A stretch of 64,000 nt of DNA from an uncultured Pelagibacteraceae bacterium (GCA_902568235.1 CACFPS010000004.1:29217-93216); one strand, 5' to 3'. Shown: positions 18,426 through 29,825, numbered from the stretch's first letter. The notes: generated by a model not told the origin, from the letters alone. Numbers and translations: made by a program.

Positions 18426-19037
18426 CTATCTTAAATTCCTGCAAATAATGAAATTTTCTTTTGAATCTTTTCTACTTGCCGGAGGTTTAAATATGTGAGC
18501 TTCTTTAAAATTTTTCTTCGCGATTTCTACTATTTCATTAAAAGACGATCCCATAAAAATCTTTGATACAAAACTTCCTTTTTTTTTGAGCGTATTAACT
18601 GAAAAATTTAGTGCTTCAATACTTAATTCTCCAGTAACTAATGAATCTACATTTTTATTCCCCGTTGTATTTACTGCCATATCAGAAAGTACGACATCGA
18701 TTTTATTACCAAAATAATCAATAATTTTTTTTTGTTGAAGCTCATCATTAAAATCACCTTTTATTTGAAATGTGTTTTCTATTTCCTCAATTTCCTTTAA
18801 ATCTATAGAAACTATTTTTGTATTTTTAAAACTTCTAGATACAAACTGCGACCAACTACCAGGTGCAGCTCCCAAATCTACTATGGACATACCATTTTTA
18901 ATAATTTTGAATTTGTCATTTATCTCTTGAAGTTTATAAACAGCTCTTGACCTATATCCTTCGATTTTGGATTTTCTAACATAAATGTCTCTTTTTTGCT
19001 TATTTATCCAATTTTTTGAAATTTTATTTTTTTTCAA
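18426..19037 (-). CDS. rlmE: 23S rRNA Um2552 methyltransferase
   Basis: YRSRAVYKL, DLGAAPGSWSQ, VLSDMA, KPPASRKDS.E; TTG start. Confidence 0.96.
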   Translation of the reverse strand: MKKNKISKNWINKQKRDIYVRKSKIEGYRSRAVYKLQEINDKFKIIKNGMSIVDLGAAPGSWSQFVSRSFKNTKIVSIDLKEIEEIENTFQIKGDFNDELQQKKIIDYFGNKIDVVLSDMAVNTTGNKNVDSLVTGELSIEALNFSVNTLKKKGSFVSKIFMGSSFNEIVEIAKKNFKEAHIFKPPASRKDSKENFIICRNLR

Positions 19038-19937
19038 TTAATTCCTAAATCTTAGGCTTTTCTCAATTATATCACCTTCCAAAGTTTTAACTTTGGAAAT
19101 AAAATTTTTATCATTTCGGATATGATCATTATTTTTCCCTGCCAAATGAATAATTCCTATTTCATGATTAGGTAAATAAGTTTCCACAAACGTTTTATTT
19201 TTTTTATCATATCTTAAAGCTTCAATTAAAGTCCAATTGCAATAAGCTGGTAATATTTCTACGTCAAGTTTGTCTGAATAAATGGTAACATTCATTGCTA
19301 TCTGTTCTGATCCCCAAATTTTTCCAGATGATAAAGCTTTTTTTAAATTTTTTTGCCATACATCCCAATGAGGTGCGTCTTCTTGTAATGAAAAAACACC
19401 TATATTCAAATGAGGCTTTAAAGCTACCTCTCTTGCAATTTTTTCTGAAAATCCTGATGATTTTGCATGCTTATAGTTTTGTGATTTAATTCTGGCAAAA
19501 CTTCCCAATACCCATTCTGCTCTTAATACTCTTCCATAAGATCTGTCTGCTGATGTTGCTATAGCGAGCTTTTTATTTTCACAACCTTTTAAGTATAATT
19601 CAATCGAGTGCCATGAGTTAACCCAAGCATCTGCATCAATCCATAAATACTTTTTATAGCCTGGAAAATAATTTGGCAAAAATGCTCTGGATACTTGGCT
19701 TTTTAACCATTCTTTACCTTTTATTTTTGAATCGGGAACTTCTATATCCCATTCAGCTTTTTTGATTTGATCAACCTTTTTTCCAAGAATTTCTATTTGT
19801 TCTTTTTTCAATCCAGCATCCATGATGCAGATCGCTATTTCTTTACTTTCTTCAAATCTTTTTATTGAATCAATTAGTTCATTTAATAAATCAAAATAAT
19901 TAGCATCTGCTAATGAAATAATTACATTATCTTTCAT
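19038..19937 (-). CDS. putative GT-A fold glycosyltransferase (GT8-like)
   Basis: YLWIDADAWV (DxD), LNIGVF, SEQIAMN, YCNW, IIHLAG. Confidence 0.65.
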   Translation of the reverse strand: MKDNVIISLADANYFDLLNELIDSIKRFEESKEIAICIMDAGLKKEQIEILGKKVDQIKKAEWDIEVPDSKIKGKEWLKSQVSRAFLPNYFPGYKKYLWIDADAWVNSWHSIELYLKGCENKKLAIATSADRSYGRVLRAEWVLGSFARIKSQNYKHAKSSGFSEKIAREVALKPHLNIGVFSLQEDAPHWDVWQKNLKKALSSGKIWGSEQIAMNVTIYSDKLDVEILPAYCNWTLIEALRYDKKNKTFVETYLPNHEIGIIHLAGKNNDHIRNDKNFISKVKTLEGDIIEKSLRFRN

Positions 19938-20735
19938 TTATAACACATCTTCATGGTGATCGACGTCATCGTTATTAATCTTATTTTTTTTGTTTATCAT
20001 AAAATAATGAGTTGTGCTTATAGGAATCATTAGAAGATAAATTGATCCAGAAATAATTATTGTGTTAAATGTATAGATTAATAGTAAACCAAAATACAAA
20101 ACCACAGCAAATAATAAAAATATTGTTGTATTTCTTGGAACTACAATTTTTTTAAATGAATATGTTGGAATTTTACTAATTAATAAAACTGAAATAATTA
20201 TAAATAAAATTGGTACAACCACTTTGTAATTTGGATTAAAAAATTGTATTTCACTAAAACTATATATTAAAGGCATTAGTACCAAAATCCCACCTGCTGG
20301 AGAAGGTATGCCTTCAAAAAAATTATCTTTCCAAGAAGTTTCGCCGTCAGATGAAACATTAAATCTTGCTAATCTTAATGCTACACAAATTACATATATT
20401 AAAGATATTAGCCAACCTAATCTTCCAAATTCAGATAAAGACCAAAAATACATTATAAATGCAGGAGCAACACCAAAACTAATCACATCCGTTAAAGAAT
20501 CTAATTCTTTACCAACTTTCGATGTACCTTTAATCAATCTTGCTATTCTTCCATCAAGACCATCTATAACACCAGCAACAATTACTGCAATTATAGATAA
20601 TTCAAATTTGCCATCAAAAGCAAATTTAATTGATGTTAAACCAATACATACCCCTATTAATGTTAATATATTTGGAAGTATTACTCTTGATTTTTTATTT
20701 GATACTAATTTAATGTTACTATCTGGTTGCTCCAT
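19938..20735 (-). CDS. pssA: CDP-diacylglycerol--serine O-phosphatidyltransferase
   Basis: PNILT, DGLDGRIAR, GKELDSL.D.ISFG.APA, LRLARFN; next to psd. Confidence 0.95.
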   Translation of the reverse strand: MEQPDSNIKLVSNKKSRVILPNILTLIGVCIGLTSIKFAFDGKFELSIIAVIVAGVIDGLDGRIARLIKGTSKVGKELDSLTDVISFGVAPAFIMYFWSLSEFGRLGWLISLIYVICVALRLARFNVSSDGETSWKDNFFEGIPSPAGGILVLMPLIYSFSEIQFFNPNYKVVVPILFIIISVLLISKIPTYSFKKIVVPRNTTIFLLFAVVLYFGLLLIYTFNTIIISGSIYLLMIPISTTHYFMINKKNKINNDDVDHHEDVL

Positions 20736-20739
20736 AAAA

Positions 20740-21387
20740 TTATCTTTTTGCTATTAAAGTTTCTCCTGCAATAGTTTTCTGGTTAACTTTCACTAATGGT
20801 TTATAATTTTCAAAATATAAATCTGCTCTACTACCAAATCTTATCATTCCAATTTTTGAACCTTGTTGCAATTCATCATCAATTGAAGTCTCTGTAACTA
20901 TTCTCCTAGCAACCAATCCTGCTATTTGAACTACAATAACATCTTCTCCATGAATATTTTTAATCTTATAGTAGTTTCTCTCATTGTCTTCACTGGCTTT
21001 GTCTAATGATGCATTAATGAACTTTCCTGGTTTATACAATATTTCAGACACTTTTCCTGAACATGGTGTTCTATTAACGTGGCAATCAAAAACATTCATA
21101 AAAATACTTACTTTTTTGTATTGCTTGTTTTCTAAACCAAGTTCTTTGGGTCCATTCGTTTCCAAAACTTGTAATACAACACCATCTGCTGGACTTGTTA
21201 GATAATTTTCATCGCCAATTGAAATTCTTTCAGGATCTCTAAAAAAGTAATAACACCATATTGTTAAAACCAATCCAATAAAACCCAAAAATCCATTTAT
21301 GAAATAAAGAACTATTGTGACTAATATAAAAATAACAATAAATTTGTAGCCTTCGTCATGAATTTTTGGAAAAATTTTATCTAACAT
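20740..21387 (-). CDS. psd: phosphatidylserine decarboxylase
   Basis: FFRDPER, SPADG, IFMNVFDCHVNR, and the cleavage motif IRFGSR. Confidence 0.96.
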   Translation of the reverse strand: MLDKIFPKIHDEGYKFIVIFILVTIVLYFINGFLGFIGLVLTIWCYYFFRDPERISIGDENYLTSPADGVVLQVLETNGPKELGLENKQYKKVSIFMNVFDCHVNRTPCSGKVSEILYKPGKFINASLDKASEDNERNYYKIKNIHGEDVIVVQIAGLVARRIVTETSIDDELQQGSKIGMIRFGSRADLYFENYKPLVKVNQKTIAGETLIAKR

Positions 21388-21461
21388 AATCGCCAAACCA
21401 TTAATTTTGGATTAATATGTATACAAAAAGAATAAATTCAACTAATAAGATATGTCAATAA

Positions 21462-22676
21462 ATGAGCAAAATTAAGGTAAAAAACTCTATTGTCGAGTTA
21501 GATGGTGATGAAATGACAAGAGTCATATGGGAATTCATCAAAAATAAATTTATTCTCCCTTATATAGATTTAGGAATTGAATATTACGACCTTGGTATGA
21601 AAAGTCGTGATGAAACAAATGACCAAATTACGATAGATTGTGCAAACGCTATAAAGAAAAATGGTGTAGGAATTAAGTGCGCTACCATTACTCCAGACGA
21701 AGCTAGAGTTAAAGAATTTAATTTAAAAAAAATGTGGAGATCTCCAAACGGTACTATAAGAAATATAATTGGAGGAACGGTTTTTAGAGAACCAATAATA
21801 TGTAAAAATATTCCAAAATTAGTCCCAAGTTGGACTAACCCTATTTGTATAGGAAGACATGCTTTTGGAGATCAATATAGAGCAACTGATTTTCAAGTTC
21901 CAGGTAAAGGTAAACTGGAAATTAAATGGACTTCTGAAGATGGAAAAGAAAAAAAAGAATTTGAAGTATTTAACTTTCCAGGACCAGGGGTGGCTCTATC
22001 GATGTACAACTTAGATCAATCTATAAAAGATTTTGCTAGAGCGTGCATGAATTATGGACTAAATAGAAAATGGCCGGTTTATCTTTCTACTAAAAATACA
22101 ATTCTAAAAAAATATGATGGTAGATTTAAAGATTTATTTCAAGAGGTATATGAAAAAGAATTTAAAGAAAAATTTAAAGAAAGAGAAATAACTTACGAGC
22201 ATAGACTTATAGATGATATGGTTGCTTGTGCAATGAAATGGAATGGGAATTATATTTGGGCATGTAAAAACTATGATGGAGATGTACAGTCAGATACTGT
22301 TGCTCAAGGATTTGGCTCATTAGGTTTAATGACTAGTGTGTTAATGTCTCCTGATGGCAAAACAATAGAATCTGAAGCAGCACATGGAACTGTAACTAGA
22401 CATTATAGATTACACCAACAAGGTAAAGAAACTTCAACAAATCCAATTGCATCTATTTTTGCTTGGACAAGAGGCCTTTATCATAGAGCCAAACTGGATA
22501 ATAATGAAGATCTAAAAAAATTTGTTAAAAATTTAGAAAAAGTTTGTGTAGATTGTGTAGAAAAAGGATCTATGACCAAAGACCTTGCAATACTAGTTGG
22601 TCCTTCTACCAAATACTTAACTACAAATCAATTTCTAGATGAAATCGATGGTAACTTAAAAAAAATTTTAAACTAA
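21462..22676 (+). CDS. icd: NADP-dependent isocitrate dehydrogenase
   Basis: [47 protein letters not shown]. Confidence 0.98.
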   Translation: MSKIKVKNSIVELDGDEMTRVIWEFIKNKFILPYIDLGIEYYDLGMKSRDETNDQITIDCANAIKKNGVGIKCATITPDEARVKEFNLKKMWRSPNGTIRNIIGGTVFREPIICKNIPKLVPSWTNPICIGRHAFGDQYRATDFQVPGKGKLEIKWTSEDGKEKKEFEVFNFPGPGVALSMYNLDQSIKDFARACMNYGLNRKWPVYLSTKNTILKKYDGRFKDLFQEVYEKEFKEKFKEREITYEHRLIDDMVACAMKWNGNYIWACKNYDGDVQSDTVAQGFGSLGLMTSVLMSPDGKTIESEAAHGTVTRHYRLHQQGKETSTNPIASIFAWTRGLYHRAKLDNNEDLKKFVKNLEKVCVDCVEKGSMTKDLAILVGPSTKYLTTNQFLDEIDGNLKKILN

Positions 22677-25331
22677 AGATTTAAGTTTATCAAAAGCTTC
22701 TTTTATTTTACTAGCGTCTTGGCCGCCTGCTTGAGCAAAATCTTTTCTACCTCCGCCACCTTTTCCACCAACTATTTCAGAGCCTAGTTTGGCAAACTTA
22801 ACAGCATCATATTTATTGGTTAACTTATCAGTAACACCAACTGCAAGACCCACCTTTTCTTCTTTGGTTGCATAAACTATAATGATTCCATTGGTTATTT
22901 CTTTTTTTCCAATATCAACTAATTTTCTCAAATCTTTAGGAGGAAGGTCTTCTACTTTTTGAAATCTTACTTTAACTCCATTAATTATTTCATCTTTAAT
23001 AATATTTTTTGATTTATCTCCTAAAATTGATTTTATATTTAATTGTTCAAGTTGTTTTGTTAATTCTTTGATTAATTCTTTTTGATCTTGATTATCTAAA
23101 TTTGGTTTTCCACCAAGTTTGATTATTTTTTCTGATAAATCTTTAGTTGTTTCTTCATCTTTTTGAGCAGAAAGATCAGAAAGTTTTTCTTTGTTTTTTA
23201 AATAATCCTCCAATTGTTTGTCTCTAAGAGCTTCTACTCTTCTAACTCCTGCGGCTATTGAAGATTGGCTGATTATCTTAAATTTACCGATATCAGCAGT
23301 GTTTCTGACATGAGTGCCTCCACATAACTCTGTTGAAAAGTACCTACTTTCTTCATTACCCATTGATAAAACTCTAACTTCATCACCATATTTTTCTCCA
23401 AATAAAGCAAGGGCACCGTTTTCTACAGCTTCTTTGGGTGTCATTAATCTAGTCTTAACATCTGATTTTTTCTCTACCATTGAATTAACATAGGTCTCAA
23501 TTTTCTTAATTTCATCTGAGGAAATTGGTTTCATATGGCTAAAATCAAACCTAAGTCTCTCTGGTTCTACCAAAGATCCTTTTTGGGTAACATGAGTCCC
23601 CAAAACTCGTCTCAGCGACTCGTGTAGCAAATGTGTAGCTGAATGATAAGCTCTAATGTTGTCTCGTCTTTGTATATCAATTTTCAATTCTACGTTCTGA
23701 TTTAATTTTACTGAGCCACTTTTAACATTTCCATAGTGTACATATAAATCACCTAATTTTTTTTGGACATCCAATACTTCAAATTTAAATTCTCCAGAGA
23801 TAATTTCTCCTGCATCTCCAATTTGACCTCCAGACTCTCCATAAAATGGAGTTTGATTTGTTATAATCATGCCCTCATCTCCAGAATTTAAAATTTCAAC
23901 TTCTTTATTGTCTTTCAATAATGAAATAATAACTCCCTCGGCTTGATTAGTTTCATATCCTAAAAATTCTGTAGAACCTAATTTATCCTTAATGCCAAAC
24001 CAAATATCATCTATTGCATTGTCTCCTGAACCTTTCCAATTTTTTTTAGCAAGTTCTTTACTCTCTTTCATAAGAGAATGGAATTTTTCATTATCTATTT
24101 TTAAAGATTTGTTTTTTAAAATATCTTCAGTTAAATCTAATGGAAAGCCATAAGTATCATAAAGTTTAAATGCCACCTCTCCAGGTAAAACTTTATCTAT
24201 TTTGTCAATTTCATTATTTAAAATTTTAATTCCTCTATCCAGAAGCACTAAAAATTTTTCTTCTTCCATCTTTAAAGTTTCTTTGATTAAAGACTCTGCC
24301 CTTTGTAACTCTGGATAATTTCCTTTCATTTCTTCCATTAAAGTTTTAAAAATATTATAAAAAATTGGCTCTTTGGATCCAAGTAAGTGTGAGTGCCTCA
24401 TTCCTCTTCTCATTATTCTTCTAAGAACATAGCCCCTTCCTTCATTAGAAGGCAAAACTCCTTCGGCTATCAAAAAAGAACTAGCTCTTAGGTGATCGGC
24501 TATAACTCTAAAGCTTGAAATATTATTTTGATCTTCTTTAACTTTGACAGTTTCAGAAATAGATCCAATTAATTTTTTAAAATGATCTGTTTCATAATTA
24601 TCGTGAGTACCTTGTAATAAAGCTGCGACCCTCTCTAACCCCATACCGGTGTCAACTGATGGTTTTGGTAAATTAATTCTTTTTTCTTTTGATATTTGTT
24701 CGAACTGCATAAAGACTAAATTCCAAATTTCAATGAAACGATCTCCATCTTCATCTTTGCTGCCTGGTAATCCTCCTTTTAAGTGATCGCCATGATCATA
24801 AAAAATTTCAGAACAAGGTCCACATGGGCCCGTCTCTCCCATTGACCAAAAATTATCTGATGTGGATATTCTTATAATTTTGTCATCTCTAAAACCCGCT
24901 ATTTTCTTCCAAAAATTAAAGGCTTCATTATCTTCATGGAATACTGTGACGTAAAGCTTATCTTTATTTAAACCAAAATCTTTGGTTATTAAATTCCAAG
25001 CAAGTTCAATTGCTCTTTCTTTAAAATAATCACCAAATGAAAAATTTCCTAACATTTCAAAGAATGTGTGATGTCTAGGTGTATAACCAACATTTTCTAA
25101 ATCGTTATGTTTTCCTCCAGCTCTTACACATTTTTGAGAAGTTGTGGCTCTTTGATAATCTCTTTTTTCTAATCCAGTAAATACATTTTTGAACTGAACC
25201 ATTCCTGAATTGGCAAACATCAGTGTTGGATCATTGTTGGGAACTAAATTGCTAGACTCAACAATTTTATGGTCATATTTCTCAAAATATTTAAGAAATG
25301 CTGTTCTTATTTGATTTAATGTTTTTGCCAT
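22668..25331 (-). CDS. alaS: alanine--tRNA ligase
   Basis: [54 protein letters not shown]. Confidence 0.99.
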   Translation of the reverse strand: MAKTLNQIRTAFLKYFEKYDHKIVESSNLVPNNDPTLMFANSGMVQFKNVFTGLEKRDYQRATTSQKCVRAGGKHNDLENVGYTPRHHTFFEMLGNFSFGDYFKERAIELAWNLITKDFGLNKDKLYVTVFHEDNEAFNFWKKIAGFRDDKIIRISTSDNFWSMGETGPCGPCSEIFYDHGDHLKGGLPGSKDEDGDRFIEIWNLVFMQFEQISKEKRINLPKPSVDTGMGLERVAALLQGTHDNYETDHFKKLIGSISETVKVKEDQNNISSFRVIADHLRASSFLIAEGVLPSNEGRGYVLRRIMRRGMRHSHLLGSKEPIFYNIFKTLMEEMKGNYPELQRAESLIKETLKMEEEKFLVLLDRGIKILNNEIDKIDKVLPGEVAFKLYDTYGFPLDLTEDILKNKSLKIDNEKFHSLMKESKELAKKNWKGSGDNAIDDIWFGIKDKLGSTEFLGYETNQAEGVIISLLKDNKEVEILNSGDEGMIITNQTPFYGESGGQIGDAGEIISGEFKFEVLDVQKKLGDLYVHYGNVKSGSVKLNQNVELKIDIQRRDNIRAYHSATHLLHESLRRVLGTHVTQKGSLVEPERLRFDFSHMKPISSDEIKKIETYVNSMVEKKSDVKTRLMTPKEAVENGALALFGEKYGDEVRVLSMGNEESRYFSTELCGGTHVRNTADIGKFKIISQSSIAAGVRRVEALRDKQLEDYLKNKEKLSDLSAQKDEETTKDLSEKIIKLGGKPNLDNQDQKELIKELTKQLEQLNIKSILGDKSKNIIKDEIINGVKVRFQKVEDLPPKDLRKLVDIGKKEITNGIIIVYATKEEKVGLAVGVTDKLTNKYDAVKFAKLGSEIVGGKGGGGRKDFAQAGGQDASKIKEAFDKLKSLV

Positions 25332-25420
25332 ATTTTTAAAATACAGATTTTTTATTTTATGTAAATTCTAAATATAAGTGTATTAACAAGCTTACTTGTC
25401 AATAATTTTGCGATTAAGGG

Positions 25421-25448
25421 AAAAAGGCGCCCATACGAGCGCCTTTTT
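25421..25448. terminator. intrinsic terminator downstream of recA
   Basis: AAAAAGGCGC-ccatacga-GCGCCTTTTT: GC-rich stem with A/T runs on both sides. Confidence 0.85.
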
Positions 25449-25467
25449 AATAACTAAAAGTTATTTG

Positions 25468-26589
25468 CTAATTTTTTTTTGTAGGGATTTCTTCTTTTAT
25501 CTCTGTTTCTTTTTTTTCTTCATTTAAAGGATTTCCTTCAATCTTTTTGGAAATTACACCGGCTTTTTCCCTAATTGCCATTTCAATTTCAGCGGCAGCT
25601 TTAGGGTTTTGTTCAAGATATAATTTAGCATTCTCTCTACCTTGGCCGATTTTTTCTCCTTTATAAGCATACCAAGCACCAGATTTTTCTACAATATCTG
25701 CTTTGGCGCCTAGATCAATTAGTTCCCCTACTTTACTAATTCCTTTTCCATACATTAAATCAAATTCAACAACTTTGAATGGTGGTGCTACTTTATTTTT
25801 AACAACTTTTACTCTAGTTGCATTTCCAATAATATTTTCTTTTTCTTTGATTGCGCCAATTCTTCTTATGTCCATTCTGACAGATGAATAAAACTTAAGC
25901 GAATTTCCTCCCGATGTTGTTTCGGGACTTCCAAACATCACGCCAATTTTCATTCTTATTTGATTAATGAAGATTACCATTGTATTTGTTCTGGAAACTG
26001 AGCCAGTTAATTTTCTTAAAGCCTGACTCATTAACCTTGCTTGAAGACCAACATGATGATCTCCCATATCTCCTTCGATTTCTGCTCTTGGAGTTAATGC
26101 GGCAACAGAATCGATTACGATAACTGACATTGATCCTGATTTAATTAAAGTATCAGTAATTTCTAAAGCCTGTTCACCAGTGTCAGGTTGTGAAATTAAC
26201 AATTCCTCAGTATTTACTCCTAATTTTTTTGCATAAACTGGATCTAGTGCATGCTCCGCATCAACAAACCCGCAAATACCACCCGCTTTTTGAGCTTCGG
26301 CTACTACTTGTAATGCCAAGGTTGTTTTTCCAGATGACTCTGGACCATAAATTTCAATAATTCTTCCCTTTGGAAGTCCTCCAATTCCAAGAGCAAGGTC
26401 TAAACTTAAAGATCCTGTTGAAACAGATTCAATATCCATGGCCTTCTGTTCACCTAGCTTCATTACAGAACCTTTTCCAAAATTATCTGTTATTTGGCTT
26501 ATCGCAGCATCTAATGCTTTATTTTTCTCTTTGTTTTCCAATTCTTTATCTTTTGTGGATTTCACCACTTTTAGGTTATTTTTCGTCAT
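25468..26589 (-). CDS. recA: recombinase RecA
   Basis: [40 protein letters not shown] at 26589 preferred over the longer ORF start. Confidence 0.99.
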   Translation of the reverse strand: MTKNNLKVVKSTKDKELENKEKNKALDAAISQITDNFGKGSVMKLGEQKAMDIESVSTGSLSLDLALGIGGLPKGRIIEIYGPESSGKTTLALQVVAEAQKAGGICGFVDAEHALDPVYAKKLGVNTEELLISQPDTGEQALEITDTLIKSGSMSVIVIDSVAALTPRAEIEGDMGDHHVGLQARLMSQALRKLTGSVSRTNTMVIFINQIRMKIGVMFGSPETTSGGNSLKFYSSVRMDIRRIGAIKEKENIIGNATRVKVVKNKVAPPFKVVEFDLMYGKGISKVGELIDLGAKADIVEKSGAWYAYKGEKIGQGRENAKLYLEQNPKAAAEIEMAIREKAGVISKKIEGNPLNEEKKETEIKEEIPTKKN

Positions 26590-26640
26590 TTTTTGCCTCT
26601 TTTTTTTACATTTTTTAACAGTCGAATCATATAAATAAAT

Positions 26641-26655
26641 GTACACATTTTGTTC
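26641..26655 (-). promoter_or_regulatory. LexA (SOS) box upstream of recA
   Basis: Minus strand GAAC-AAAATGT-GTAC, matching the alphaproteobacterial GAAC-N7-GAAC/GTAC box. Confidence 0.8.
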
Positions 26656-26698
26656 TCATTGGCAATATATTTTTTAAAATATCTGGAAAAACCCTAAA

Positions 26699-27991
26699 TT
26701 ACTTAAGTTTTAAATGTTTGCTGTTAAGCAAACCAATAGATTTTAAAAGATTATATTGGGCTATTAGATAGTTTCTTTGAGAATTTGCCAGAGAGATCTC
26801 AGCAGATAGTAAAAAGGAGTTTGATTGAATTACATCAAGAGTTGTTCTTGACCCTCTTTGATACTCAGCAGTAATTCCTTCGTTCGCTATTTTTGCAGCT
26901 CTAACTTGTGATATTACAGAATTTAAAAAACTTTCAGAAGACTGAAGATTTGACCAAGCACTTCCAACTTTTGTATCAGAATTTTTAATTGCACTCTCTA
27001 ATAATAATCTTTTTCTATAAATAAGGTTAGAATTTTTATTTATTTTAGATCTTTTCTTTCCTCCTGAATAGAAAGGCCAACTAATAGTTGCTTTTAAAAT
27101 ATCTTTTTCTTTTTCATCATAAGTTGCACTTAGATCTTCAGTATATGATCTTTCAAGTGATACTGAAGCTGTAGGATTTAGTTCTGCTTCTGAAATTGAT
27201 AAATCTTTTTCAGACTTATTTAATTCTAATTTTGCAATTTTAATATCTGGATTATTATTTTTTGAAAGTTCAATTGCTTTAGACAGACTAGTTGGAACGC
27301 TTACTATCGATTCTGAAGATTTTTTAAGTTTATTTGGATCCGAAAGTTTTCCAATTATATTTTCATAGTTTAATTTGTTAATCATTAATTCACTTTTTGA
27401 TTGTATAAATTGCGCTTGAGCTCCCGCCAAAGAAGACTCGGATTGATACAAATCTGCAGTAGTTATTTGACCTCTATCTAATCGAACTTTGTCATTTTCA
27501 ACTTGTTTAATAAGTAAATTTAAATTTCTTCTATTGATAGATAGTTTTTCTCTAGATAAAATTAATAATGTGAAAGCATCAATGGCACTATAAAGAATAT
27601 CTTGTTCTTTTTTTAAAAGTTTGGCTTTTGCTAGTTCTAGTCCAACAATATTTTTTGAATATTCTACATCTCTTGCTTTATCAATTAATGTTTGTTCAAG
27701 TTTAATTGATGTAGTTAAAGGATTAACATCGTTAATGCTTGCTCCACTACCATCTTGATTTTTCAATGTATTTGTATTTTCGTAACTTTTAGAACCACTT
27801 AATGTAACGCTTGGCATATAATCTGCTTTGGAAATATTAATATCTTCTACAGATGCATTTATATTTTCCCTTTCAGCATTTAATTCAGTATTATTTCTAA
27901 AAGTTTCATTTAAAGCATCGTACAAAGTGATCGCAAAAGCTTTTGCAGAAAAAAAGAATGTTAATACCAATGTAACTATTATATTTTTCAT
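26699..27991 (-). CDS. tolC: TolC family outer-membrane channel
   Basis: Signal peptide, two OEP repeats, G.RTTLDV..., YNLLKSIG.L. Confidence 0.9.
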   Translation of the reverse strand: MKNIIVTLVLTFFFSAKAFAITLYDALNETFRNNTELNAERENINASVEDINISKADYMPSVTLSGSKSYENTNTLKNQDGSGASINDVNPLTTSIKLEQTLIDKARDVEYSKNIVGLELAKAKLLKKEQDILYSAIDAFTLLILSREKLSINRRNLNLLIKQVENDKVRLDRGQITTADLYQSESSLAGAQAQFIQSKSELMINKLNYENIIGKLSDPNKLKKSSESIVSVPTSLSKAIELSKNNNPDIKIAKLELNKSEKDLSISEAELNPTASVSLERSYTEDLSATYDEKEKDILKATISWPFYSGGKKRSKINKNSNLIYRKRLLLESAIKNSDTKVGSAWSNLQSSESFLNSVISQVRAAKIANEGITAEYQRGSRTTLDVIQSNSFLLSAEISLANSQRNYLIAQYNLLKSIGLLNSKHLKLK

Positions 27992-28917
27992 TTTCTTTTA
28001 TATACAACAGATTTTATTTGGTGATTGCTACCTAAATTTAAAATAATCGAAGCATTTTTAGTCGCATTTTTAAACATATTTTGTGTAACTCTTTGGTATG
28101 TTTGCATGAATGCAATTACATCCTTATTGCTCATTAATTTATGATTACTAGATCTTTTGTTTTTTAACCAGAGTTTTTTTTCTTGTTTAATTCTCCATTT
28201 CTGAAGCAATTTAAAATTTTTAACCTTTAAATACAATAGACAATTTAACTGATCATATAATTTCTTATAATTTAACTTAAGTTGCTGATTTACAAAAGTG
28301 CGCCAAATTAATTTTTTATCTTCATATTTTTCAAGAGAATTTAATGTTCTTTTTAAAGTATTATTTTTTTCGGCTCTTGCGCCAACACACCATCCTTCAA
28401 AAATTATAATATCAGGCCTTTTTTTAATTGAATACCATAATTTTTTTTTGAATCTGTCATCAATGGCCTTATTAAATTTAGGAATTTTTAAAGCTTTAAA
28501 ATTTTTACTTTTTACTCGTTTAAAAAAATTCAACATAATATTCATGTCATGTGTACCTGGAACACCTCTTGTCTTTAATGAAGGGTGCACTTTTTTAGAT
28601 AACAAAATCCTTTTTTTTCTAGTTTTATAAAAATCATCAATTGAGATTTTAAAAACATTAAATTTAAAATATTTTTTTAAAATAATTGATATAATCGATG
28701 TGATTGTTGTTTTGCCTGCTCCCTGTCCTCCTCCAAGACCAATTATAAAAGGTTTTTTATTTTTCACTTTTGATACAATCCAAAAACTAACCGGTATTAA
28801 AAAAGATTTAATCATCTTCTCTTTATTTTTAAATTTTTCTTTTGGTGTTTCTTGTGATTTTATAAATTTAAAACAATCTTTACTAACTTTTTTATAACAC
28901 TCAGCAATTGATTGCAT
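27988..28917 (-). CDS. P-loop kinase of the PRK/uridine-kinase superfamily, D-glycerate 3-kinase (GLYK)-like
   Basis: GGGQGAGKTT, SIDDFY, TRGVPGTHD, IFEGWCVG, WR.KQE. Confidence 0.75.
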   Translation of the reverse strand: MQSIAECYKKVSKDCFKFIKSQETPKEKFKNKEKMIKSFLIPVSFWIVSKVKNKKPFIIGLGGGQGAGKTTITSIISIILKKYFKFNVFKISIDDFYKTRKKRILLSKKVHPSLKTRGVPGTHDMNIMLNFFKRVKSKNFKALKIPKFNKAIDDRFKKKLWYSIKKRPDIIIFEGWCVGARAEKNNTLKRTLNSLEKYEDKKLIWRTFVNQQLKLNYKKLYDQLNCLLYLKVKNFKLLQKWRIKQEKKLWLKNKRSSNHKLMSNKDVIAFMQTYQRVTQNMFKNATKNASIILNLGSNHQIKSVVYKRK

Positions 28918-28925
28918 ATAAAATA

Positions 28926-29294
28926 TTATTTTTTTTGATCTAGCGGATGGTTCTCTCCATCATTTACTGGAACATCTTTTATTTCAAATGGTTTAATACC
29001 TTCAATGCAAGCAATATTTACACCATAGATTTTTGGATTACTCCTTGGTCTATTGTGAGTATGAATGCCACAAACTTTACAAAAATAATGTTGAGCAGTT
29101 TTTGTTTTAAATTGATAAAGTGTTAAAAGATCTTCTCCTTTAGTTAATTTAAAATCATCTGGTCCAATAACTCCTATAATGTATCCTTTTCTTTTGCAGA
29201 TAGAACAATTGCAACGCATAATCTTTTTAAATCCATTTTCAGGAACATTAACTTCTGCCTCTATACCTCCGCAATGACATGTTAGTTTTTTCAT
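28926..29294 (-). CDS. GFA/CENP-V family zinc protein
   Basis: CHCG, CNCSIC, FCKVCG, GVNIAC. Confidence 0.92.
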   Translation of the reverse strand: MKKLTCHCGGIEAEVNVPENGFKKIMRCNCSICKRKGYIIGVIGPDDFKLTKGEDLLTLYQFKTKTAQHYFCKVCGIHTHNRPRSNPKIYGVNIACIEGIKPFEIKDVPVNDGENHPLDQKK

Positions 29295-29714
29295 TTACTT
29301 TCCTCCCTTAGGATAACTTTTAAATTTTGGCATATATTGTTCAAGCTTATAATAGTCTAACTTCCCTTTTACAAATATATGCATTGTTGTTTTAAGTTTA
29401 ACAGGTCTATTAAACATTCCTGCAGAAATATGAATATCTTTCTGTCCAATTGATTTAAAAAATATACTTGCTCCACATTTTTTGCAAAATCCTCTTTTTC
29501 CTTTTTTTGATGATTGAAACCATTTTAATGTTCTTTTTTTTATAAATTTAATATTTTGTTCTTCGACAGCTGTATAAGCTGCATGATGACCATGTGTTTT
29601 CATGCATTGAATGCAATGACAGTTGTGCACATCTCTATGATATCCTTTGGTCTTTAATTCTATTCCGCCACATAAACAACTCGCTTTAAGAGATAGTTTT
29701 TTCATTTTTAACAT
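29295..29714 (-). CDS. GFA/CENP-V family zinc protein (second paralog)
   Basis: CLCG, CHCIQC, RGFCKKCG, HIFV. Start at 29714 or 29705. Confidence 0.9.
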   Translation of the reverse strand: MLKMKKLSLKASCLCGGIELKTKGYHRDVHNCHCIQCMKTHGHHAAYTAVEEQNIKFIKKRTLKWFQSSKKGKRGFCKKCGASIFFKSIGQKDIHISAGMFNRPVKLKTTMHIFVKGKLDYYKLEQYMPKFKSYPKGGK

Positions 29715-29740
29715 AGAGTCTAAACTATCTCTGGTTAAAG

Positions 29741-29749
29741 TTATCCACA
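29741..29749 (+). promoter_or_regulatory. consensus DnaA box
   Basis: Exact TTATCCACA in the GFA/umuD intergenic region. Confidence 0.45.
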
Positions 29750-29779
29750 AGAGCACAAAATCTGGTTTGAATGTTCACG

Positions 29780-29801
29780 TTTTGATTCACTTTTGATTCA
29801 C
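29780..29801 (+). repeat. tandem 11-mer TTTTGATTCAC x2, each copy containing GANTC
   Basis: Seen directly; a degenerate third TTCAC lies at 29774-29778. Confidence 0.8.
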
Positions 29802-29825
29802 TTCCAGACTCAAAATACAACCTGA

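Noticed and set aside
26590-26646. Longer ORF-track starts for recA (26646), umuD (29826), GFA (29756), pxpA (293) and tilS (57847)
   Set aside because: The extensions run through promoter/operator sequence or a neighbouring gene and lack family-like sequence; downstream ATGs fit better.
29716-29811. Replication origin
   Set aside because: Only one DnaA box, no dnaA/hemE/parAB context, and major genes lie on the minus strand on both sides with no switch. Kept only as a regulatory cluster.
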